A stretch of 64,000 bases of DNA from Octopus vulgaris. Its lineage: Eukaryota. Below are positions 54,201 through 64,000 of the stretch, piece by piece. Both the position numbers and the translations under genes were made by a program. Every line of letters begins with the position of its first letter. Within the stretch, counting starts at the first letter, position 1. The stretch covers positions 18,600,001 to 18,664,000 of the forward strand of contig OX597815.1 in NCBI GenBank assembly GCA_951406725.2, given 5' to 3'. The notes under the pieces are model-generated. The model was not told the DNA's origin, did not search any database, and worked only from the letters and a program-made list of their open reading frames with translations.

Positions 54201-54201
<1 letters not shown>
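53851..54201 (-). mobile_element. SINE family B, diverged
   Basis: Homology with internal deletions. Confidence 0.75.
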
Positions 54202-54245
<44 letters not shown>

Positions 54246-54377
54246 TATATATATATACTTACATACATACACACATACATACATACATATATACATACAT
54301 ACACACACGTACACACACACACGCACGCACACACACAGACACACAGATACACACATACACACACACACACACACACA

Positions 54378-54433
<56 letters not shown>

Positions 54434-57400
54434 AACAGTTTGAGAGGCGAAAACATTGACATATATAAACTATTGCCCTGCATTGTTTGTTAATGTTCTG
54501 CAACTTTAGGAATCAATCCATTTCATCTAATTTTCACTCCATAAATCAGTTCCTTTAATGTACGAGTTATGCTGATTTCAAAGTCGACACAGGGAATATT
54601 TGAACTCAGACATCTTCAGTAAAGTACTCTACATAATACAGTGCCGCATTTACTTCGGCGGCCTATTGTGTTGAAACTATACCCGCCTAATGCTACTATA
54701 AACATTATTCTTACAATTGTTTACAATGGCTGATGATTTCATTAGTGTTGATGATGGGAATAATTGCAAATGTAAAAACAATGGTGATATTGCTGACAAA
54801 CGTCTCTTTGTTAAACTGTGGCCCAAGTGCAGTAAGAGCATTTAACAATGTAGCTACTGAATAGTAAATTGACACAAGAGAAAGAGGTCTGCTGTATAAT
54901 TGGGAAACAAAAGGAAATCACTGTAAATTACCATAACAATACAATTTACAAACACCATTCTTTCAATCGACTGTCTTTGAAGAAACTAAAGGGAACGTAG
55001 AATTAAGAAAATCACATTCAATTATAATGATACCGTTGATAAAGCCTGCTTATTTTGTATACAATGTAATAAATTAGATGGAGGGGTGTCTTTCAAAATT
55101 CAAACAGAAAATTTACATTTCTTCTATCTTATCAAGTGGGATTTCGTTGAATTGGAATAAATGCATCGAGCGCCAGTTTTGATTTATGGTATTTTTCATC
55201 ATCGATTCTGGACAAAGTGGCAATCAGAGGATAATTAATTCTTAACTTCTACGTCAGTGATTCAAGTGAAAAAGCATTGAAAATTAAGGATTTTTTCGTC
55301 TCTGGTTGGGTGGGAGATTCTTCTGTCTATTTATATAATCTAAACTTTAAAAATACGCTTCTCATGATTGACGTAGTTTCCCAAGTACACACTCACTAGT
55401 AGTGACCCACATACACAGGAACACGTATATCGTCACTGAATAATTAACAATATGAATATATACATGCACGCAAGTGTCTGTCTAACAAGTTATATTCATA
55501 GGCATGGGTATGAGTTTGTGTGTATGTATGTATGTGTGTGTTTGTGTGTGTGTGTGCCTGTGTTTGTTTATGTGTGTATGTGTGTTTCGTCATCCTTTCG
55601 GAATCGAAGATAACTTGTTAGAATGTAGGATGCTTTTGCCTTCTAATTTACGTGCTTATATAGTCTCGAGTAGATATATACACCACTTTGGGCCCAGACT
55701 AGAGTAACAGCAACAAGAAAGAACAACAATATAACAGAGTCAAAAAGAAAAAAAATCAAAAGCAATAATAATTACAACAGCAAATGTTTCTAGTTTCAAG
55801 AGCATTAAACAGAAAATCAAAAAAATATAACCAAGTTTTAACCATTCTCACAAGACTAAAATACTACACCTTATAAGAAACGTACTTACAAAATTCACAA
55901 AACACACTAAAAAAAAATACGCACGCATATACGTAGAACACCTACTGTTACCAAATGATCAACAGGAAAGAAGGAACAATATCATTGGACATTCTGTATC
56001 ATTCTTTGATCAAACCAGATTTCCTGGATACAGAATAAACTGCAATTAGCTACAAAGAGCAGACAATGATACAACTCACACCATATACAGGGAAGACTTA
56101 TCCATTCTGTTGACAGCACTGGCAGATTTAATAACTCGCAAAGCTTTGGTCTACAATATTAGAAACTATCTGTCTAATCTACCATGTGATGAAACTGAAA
56201 ATGGACCCACCGAGGTTACAAAGGGAACTCTTTGACCACACAACATCTTCACTTGCCTTATCAATAAAATTAATCATTTATTTGTCATAAAAGTGAAGAA
56301 CATATTTTATGTTGCAAAAACACTTATGAAGGCAACCTTACATTATAGTAGCCCAACAGCTCGAACCGACTATTGAAGAATAATTAGTGAGTAAAGAGAA
56401 TCGCAAGTTTTACAAATATAACAATAGCTATTCTGTTAGCATGGGCGCCTACGCTCATATATTTCTATGGACTAATTAAAAGCAATTACATAAAAGAGAG
56501 AACCATGAGATAAAGTCTATTGTCAAATAAACCCTAATGATAATTTTCCTGAAATAGTTTTTGATAATTAAGGTGAAGGAAATTCCAACTGTGAAGTTGA
56601 TAATACCTTGAAGATAACACATAGTAGCAATATTGATTATAATATTGCCAATAATCCTGGCTTAACACTTAATTCTGACAGTAGAATTAGTACCAATTTC
56701 TTTTAACACATATGTATTTAAAACTCAACAAAGCTATTTTCTGAATCAATAAAGAAAGACATCTTATGAGGCATGCTCAGTCGTTTAAGATTTAGTCTAC
56801 GTAACCTCCGTTAATATTTCTTCGTCCGTTAGCAAATATGAAAACAGGAATTTTGATATGAAGAATATGCAATGTCGTTGGAACATATGCTGAGTCGTTG
56901 ATAAATAATGCCATGAAATTTCATCCGATATCCTCCTCTAATAATATTTTTAACAAGATAAAATAATGGCAAGATGTTAGAGTACAGATATATCATACTT
57001 CATGAACCAATACATGCTTCATACATTTATACATACACACACACACATTCATACACACATAAAAACACGCACATACATACACATACATACATTAATACAT
57101 ACATATGCGTGTATGTATGTGCACGCATACTGACTTCGATCTTGTGTTGTATCTAATAGACACTTAGCTAATGACTTTTTCAAAATGGTGCTTTATTTTC
57201 TCTCTTCGTATTTGATAGTATCAAGATGTCTATTTATCGATCGCTCGATATCGCTGATTAATCTACCGGAAACTATTTTCGGCTGAATTTAACATCATTT
57301 AGAATATATTGTTCCGAAAACAAAATATGGTTTATGTCGCTATTCACTTCGTTTTACTCTCGTAAAAAGTTGTAAATAATATTGAATTGTCGCATTAACA

Positions 57401-58654
57401 TCTGTGACATATGGGCTCATAATTCCCGTAATTTTGAAAAAATAACCCATTACGCTATACTGAAATACCAGAGCGTTGGCTTGGTGATTAGCAACCGGGA
57501 CAAAATATATATTATGGCTCCTTTATTTCAGGAGCAGTTAACTGATTGAACAGTTAGGGTATGGAAGAGAATGTTATGGAGTATTTTTTACCGTTTTGAG
57601 GCCAAATTCTAACATGTCTTACTTGGTTTATAAACTTAATCCGCTGTCCGTTGCGTAGCACCGCCTTTTGCTTTAGACGTTTTTCCTACGTTCTGGATGT
57701 TGTTTCTTCTGGTCAACCTTTTACCAATCTTGGATAACCTGTAAAGAGTTACCGGCAATACATTTTGTTTTCATTATTCAATAAAAAGATGAAATTATTA
57801 TTTCAGCTGGGTTTGAAAAGATACGTTGTTGTCTTATGAATATTGTCTAAGATAAAAACAAAAGTCAAAATAATGAATGTTTCAGATGCACTTTGGTGCC
57901 TGCTAAATCTAAAATGAAATTACCAGCTCACAGATATACCTGCAATGTTATATTTCCCTATCTGCACTGTCATTTTGATTGAGAGTAATTTAATTGCAGA
58001 AAAAACACTAAAAACCCTTCAATAGACTAGTAATGATGGAAACCTGGTATCATGAGAATTATAATATAAAAAGTCTCATGTGACATCATTTTGTATATTA
58101 ATATGTTATGATCTTCCAATAATTCTGATCCACACACTGGTTCTAATTACATGTATAGCAGAACTTCCATAATCAACCATTCAACAGTCAAAAAAATCAT
58201 TAAGGTGAATGATGCACCTAATACAAAGAATAGATTCGAATTTTCTGCTCGGATCAACTTCTTTCACTGAATATTGGAAGGAGCATAGAGCCCTTGATGG
58301 CAAACAATCGTTTCAGATGAAAGGACTTATTGGAAACCAACTAAGCGTGATAGAACTTGTGTGAGCATTTGGCAATTACGCTAATCAAATTAATAAGCGA
58401 GCTTAATTGTGAATGTCAGTTTGGAGAAGGGAGAGACAAATGCAAAAAAAGGTAACCAGTTCTGGGAAATCGCATCACTGCACATTCGTTTTCCTTTCAG
58501 TTCTATTAATTAAGATTCTGTTTTATTCAGGATCTCTCGATATAGTTTCACTTTGACAAATACATATACTATATTTTCTAGAAAACAGAATAATAACTAT
58601 GCGAATGATGGTGCGTCATATACTGTCAGTGCTTCTATTGAATATATGTATATA

Positions 58655-58709
<55 letters not shown>

Positions 58710-60047
58710 AGTATTATTAAAGAAACAAACATTTTGTAGAGTTTATGACGTATGTTTTAGAATTCACTTACAATTTTAAAAAGACGATTGTGATGACCAA
58801 TGCAATAAAAAACAAGCTACTTTTTCTTTTTAATTCTGTAATACATTTTCCATAATGATAATGAAGCTAAACAGTTAATACTCCGAGCTTGTTTTTAACA
58901 ATATATAAGTTTTTTTCTGCACAAAGTTCAACATTTGTTGAAGCAAAAGTAACTAACATATCTTCGGAAAATTGATTACTATTTCTAGTGTCCAGCTATT
59001 AGTGCTTCAGGGGAGCACGCGACTGAACTGTTTATTACAAGGCTTTATATAAAAGCAAATAAGGTAAAAAAAATTAAGAGAGATATATTTGTTGGAAGAG
59101 GACATATTTAAAACCCTGAAAATGGGTTTTCGATACCTTCACCTTGATTCTCGCCTTCCAATCATAATGTTTCTAATTCCCCAACCGTCTTCTTCAGTGA
59201 CCCAAACGTAAATTATATTAGACAGACTCACTGCTGAGTATGATCGAATAACATAATCTCTGAATTAGAGAAAATTATGTGGTTTAATAAAGCAGTCGTA
59301 TAAATGATTCAGTAAATGTCTGGCAAAATTACGTTCGGAATACTTTGTGAATTTTTTCAGAAATACAGTCTAATAATGTATATATTGTGTGCATGTGTAT
59401 GTTGTGCTCGAGTATCGGTGACGTTCAGAACCTATGCCGGTACTTCGATACTGGTGAGAATGATGTCCTTAAAATTCCGTTTGAATGTTTCAGGGCAAAA
59501 AACATAAGTAAGGATGAGATTATAGAGGAAAGGGGTTCTAAGGAAGAAGGATTGCGTATGCAAAGATGAATGGAAGACGAACGAGGGAGAGAAAAAAAGG
59601 GGTTCAGAGAGTTTTTTTATATTTATGGAGTTACGAAATCAAACATTTCCATGGAGTAGAATCCGTCATAATAGCGTTAGAAATACAAAGACTGCGGGCA
59701 ACACTTTCTGAGCCACATGCTGAAATATGTCTGATAATGTTGGAATATAAATCAACTGAGTAGCTTTTCCCTGCATGCATCCATGATGCTAACGTGCGTG
59801 GGAGATGCGCATTCCCAGATGTAACATCACTTTAGCCTTGTAGAATGTCAACAGCTGCTGGAAGCGGGGTTATATTCCGGTTTTAAAAAGGAGGTCTCTG
59901 GAAATCAGTCCTAGCTTCGCCTAGCATTTGTTTTCATCGAGTGACATCTCAGTGGTAGTGCGCCCTAGCATTTGATGCGACCGTGAAAAATCTGGTTGAA
60001 TGCTATTACTGTTTAGAGTTTGTGGTGCAGTGTTGTCTCTTGATGAA

Positions 60048-60270
60048 GGTGGCGAGCTGGCAGAAACGTTAGCACGCCAGGCAAAATGCGTAGCCGTATT
60101 TCGTCTGCCGTTACGTTCTGAGTTCAAATTCCGCCGAGGTCGACTTTACCTTTCGGGGTCGATAAATATGTACCAGTTACGCACTAGGGTCGATGTAATC
60201 GACTTAATCCGTTTGTCTGTCCTTGTTTGTCCCCTCTGTGTTTAGCCCCTTGTGGGTAATAAAGAAACAG
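60048..60270 (+). mobile_element. SINE family A
   Basis: Homology to the 5824 copy. Confidence 0.85.
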
Positions 60271-60289
60271 AGACAACATTAGCACATTA

Positions 60290-60630
60290 GCACAGCCATG
60301 CTGAATTATGCACACAAATTTTCCATTTCAGGAGTTAGCGTAGATTTAGTGTGTGGTTACTAGGCACCCTGTGGATGATGTATTGATAGAAAAGTTTTCA
60401 AGAAGGAATGAATGGTGTTGTTGAATTTGGCGACATGGAAGTCATTGATGCGTAGAAAGAAGAGACAGTTGTGGACAGAACTGGACACTTGAAAGCAATA
60501 GAATTGGTGGAGAGAGTGGGGTCCAATGCTGATAAAAATGGTCGATTCTGAAAGCATACACCCAACCGAACTTTTGCAAAAACCTTACGAAGCAATTAAC
60601 ATACTCCAATAATTTCCGGATCAATTCAGA
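60290..60630 (-). mobile_element. Jockey/CR1-group RT fragment
   Basis: CFQNRPFLSALD..CPVLST and FFLRINDF...NTIHSF resemble FLSNR..QGSVLSP.LF..INDL...HSFADD. Confidence 0.45.
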
Positions 60631-60950
60631 TTATTATCTGATTGTTATTTCGAAATGCCAAAGTTTTTCAACATACAGGTAAACTAGACAAAATCAGTAC
60701 AAATATACACTACAAATATACACATCCACTAATACAATGATCCTACTTTTATTGGAATTATGATAAATAATTACTTAGATTTTGGCTGTGCTTGCATTGA
60801 TAATGCTAAAGTTGTATCTTACACAATTTATATGATTTCCATTTGTACGATGACACCTGGACACAATCTATCGGGTAAACTGAAGAAATGCTGGGTACAT
60901 ACTTACATACGTACATACATATATGCATGCACGCACACATACATATATAA

Positions 60951-61000
<50 letters not shown>

Positions 61001-61576
61001 GTAACAAAGTGAAGTTGTAATGTATATTTAAAAACGTTCCTATCTACCTCATAACTCTTATTTTGTTTCACTTAGTCATTAGAAAGCAATGTTTTAGACC
61101 ATTATTTATTAAAGGCTTCCCGAAAGTATGTCATCCTTTGTATAACATGGTAACGGTAAATAATGAATGCTCCAGTCCAACAACAGAGTTCTGCTACCGA
61201 TGCTTATGTATTTACTCCAGACGAAATGTTGGCGTTCGTAAAAAAAATCTTAACTATGCTACAGATAGATTTACGTGCGCTATTTATAATAAATACTTCT
61301 TCATATCTTGTGTTATATCATTTCTCAATCATTTACATAATAAAAAATGTATTTTCATACGACAGTGTCAATGAATATAGGTTTCCGATGATCCCATCAC
61401 GGATACACTGCATTTATGATTAAGGGAATAAGAAGGAGTTGTATGAGCAACATGGTAAGTGGGTGTTTAAACATTGCAGGATAAATTATATAAAGCACAC
61501 TATTTTACCGAATTTCTTCCCTATATGAATATACGTATGACTAACAGCAAAAGATATGTACAGACGAACAGGCGCT

Positions 61577-61620
<44 letters not shown>

Positions 61621-61622
<2 letters not shown>

Positions 61623-61955
61623 AGATGAAAAATTATGTTAAGGCAGAATGCTAAAGTAAATTTTTATAAAAATGGAAAATTAAAATATGGAAAATTAAAT
61701 ATGGAAAATATGGAAAATTAAAATATGGAAAATTAAAAAAAGAAAAATAATAAATTCAATGCGGTTTTCATCGCAAACCAAAATTTGCTTTGCGATGAAA
61801 ACCGGTATGCTTTATTATTTTTTCTCTTTTAATTTTCCATACACCAATTTTTATAAAAATTAACTTTCAATTTAGTATTCCGCCTTATTATAATTTTCCC
61901 TCTCCTATCATTTCTCCACGTGCGGTCAACACAACCCCACCATTTTTTGTTTTAT
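61621..61955 (+). mobile_element. Fold-back insertion between (TA)n arrays
   Basis: Imperfect arms at 61621-61777 and 61789-61905, with centre ggttttcatcgcaaa / tttgcgatgaaaacc. Contains GAAAACCGGTA, resembling the 3' half of a hammerhead. Confidence 0.65.
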
Positions 61956-62020
61956 ATATATATATATATGAAAAAAAAGTCAAGTTAGAAAATGCTAAAA
62001 TAATTTTATAAAAAACATTT

Positions 62021-62056
62021 CAGTACCGGTTTCATTCATTCAATCTTTATCAACTG
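62021..62056 (-). ncRNA. Variant minimal hammerhead motif (U3-A8)
   Basis: CAG-UUGAUAA-AG-AUU-GAAUG-AAU-GAAA-CCGG-UA-CUG, with palindromic helix III (ACCGGU). Confidence 0.45.
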
Positions 62057-62369
62057 TAAGTATAGGGCACAATTAAATTTTGGAAAAATTAGAAGATATG
62101 TACAGAATTTTTAAAAGAATATTTGCATAGTATTCGAATACAAGGGGCACTTTCCTTGTTTCTGCCTGTCTCTTTGTCTCTCTTGCTTACTCTTGTGGGT
62201 TCGTGGTCGTTTTAGATACTCACAAAATATGGGGGTTTATTTCACAGGTGATCTAAACGACTAGGTACGCTAGGTGATGTAACGGATTACTGATGCTCCA
62301 AGGTTATAACCGAGATGTTTGCCGTGCCTTAACATTTATTGTCCTTATTAACAATAATTATATATATCA

Positions 62370-62809
62370 GCTAAGAGAAGACGGGAGAGGTATGCAGTAA
62401 TATATATCTCGAAGATCCTAGAAGGAATTGTGCCAATTTTTGGCATTGAAAGCTACACTAATGACAGAACGGGAATACACTGCATAGTGTCAAAGATCCC
62501 AGCAATGCCATCATGCTTCAGGACCAGCTACTACAACAGCCTGGGTTTCAAGGGCCCACACCTTTTTAATATTCTCCCAAAGAGTCTGAAGAATTTGCTC
62601 AAAGTAGATGTAGCGGTTTTTAAATCAAAGCTGGATCTCTTCCTGTCGAGAGTCCCAGATGAACCTACCTCACGGCAAGAGTTGCAAATGGGGGTAGCTA
62701 TATCAAACTCCATCTTCACCAAGTGCCACATATTAGAGGAGGGTCTTAATAATAACAGTGTAGCACAAAACGACGGAGCATCAGCATGGCCGCAGCTCTG
62801 AGCTAAAAC

Positions 62810-62812
<3 letters not shown>
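62370..62812 (+). mobile_element. CR1-like LINE 3' end
   Basis: RRERYAVIYISKILEGIVP..SLGFKGPHLFNILPKSLKNL..FKSKLDLFLSRVPDEP. 3' tail CAGCATGGCCGCAGC..CTAAAAC followed by (TA)n. Confidence 0.8.
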
Positions 62813-62904
<92 letters not shown>

Positions 62905-62905
<1 letters not shown>

Positions 62906-63122
62906 GCGAGCAGACGCTGAAGAGTTCCTGGTTTTGGGTATCAGGAATATCAGTTAATAATGATTTTCTTCAAGATATTCCTCTCTAAGGTTCATACATT
63001 CATTGCAGCAGTATTTCAGTTTTTCTAAGCCCAGTAAAAAAAACTCGGAAGGTTGGGCTCTTAACCAGGCCTTTCACCATACCTTAAAGGCATACCTTAA
63101 AGCTTTTAAACACCCTTTTGTA
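62905..63122. mobile_element. Decayed mariner-derived MITE
   Basis: Termini cgagcagacgctgaagagttcc and cttttaaacacccttttgta resemble mariner TIRs. Confidence 0.5.
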
Positions 63123-63742
63123 TATTATGTTTTACTGGTTTAAGTTATTTGATGGCGTAATCGAATGCAGGATATTTATGATTCATACGTAACCTAATTA
63201 GATTGTTTCACTCAGAACAGCTTACGTATGTTGTTTAGTACTATTAGATTAATGAATTTAAAAAAAAAAAATGTGTAACTCTGGACTTCTCAGTTCATTT
63301 AATAAACATCGATTTTGACTTGACCAAGTGACAGACTTTATAATAAAATTAGCAGCTTCTAACGTCATATTTCCACCTTCTCTCTCTGTTGTGTCTTCTC
63401 TTCTTCATACATTCTTTCTCTTTCTCGTTAGCAAACAATCAATCATATTACATTGATGTTTATTTACAATTGGTTTAATATTTAATTTCTGACCACTCAT
63501 TCGCATTTCAATTTTATCACAGTCTTGATCTTTATAAAATTAATGATTTATTTGTTGTAAATATAAGAAATTTGATATTTGATTAATCATTTTTGACACT
63601 TGAATGTTTGTGTTAATCAAGACTATTCTCGTCACATGAATTAAAAATATAATTTTATTGTTCGTATACAAAAATTCTACGATTGTATCATAAAGTTTTA
63701 TCAACAAATACACAGCTCCACACAAATGTTTCCTGTCATGAA

Positions 63743-63978
63743 GGCGGCGAGCTGGCAGAAACGATAGCACGCCGGGCGAAATGCGTAGCCGTATTTCGTC
63801 TGCCGTTACGTTCTGAGTTCAAATTCCGCCGAGGTCAACTTTGCCTTTCATCCTTTCGGGGTCGATAAATTAAGTACCAGTTACGCACTGGGGTAGATAA
63901 TCGACTTAATCCATTTGTCTGCCCTTGTTTGTCCCCTCTGTGTTTAGCCCCTTGTGGGTAGTAAAGAAATAGGTATTT
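63743..63978 (+). mobile_element. SINE family A (near-consensus)
   Basis: Homology to the 5824 copy. Confidence 0.85.
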
Positions 63979-64000
63979 TCATAAAACATATTCGGTGTCA

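Overview
AT-rich, microsatellite-dense eukaryotic DNA with no confidently identifiable host protein-coding gene. The repeat families resemble those of octopus or another coleoid cephalopod; this is inferred from recall of the repeat sequences, not from a search. The window is a transposon graveyard. It holds three tRNA-derived SINE families (about 20 copies), decayed L1/Tx1, R4/Dong, CR1-like and Jockey-like LINE fragments, three Tc1/mariner relics, MITEs and three non-autonomous Helitrons. The most notable signal is a Penelope-like (PLE) system. It comprises a decayed PLE reverse transcriptase with a ~370-bp inverted duplication (9.7-11.1 kb), several short fold-back insertions, mostly beside (TA)n arrays, and at least five minimal type-I hammerhead-ribozyme motifs with palindromic helix III. 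The best motif is at 53451-53496, in the loop of a 101-bp near-perfect hairpin. Several motifs have non-canonical cores (N-A mismatch at the base of helix II, U3-A8 covariation, A6U). A second oddity is that two Helitrons are flanked by direct duplications (17 bp and ~200 bp), and one of them has a triplicated 3' end.
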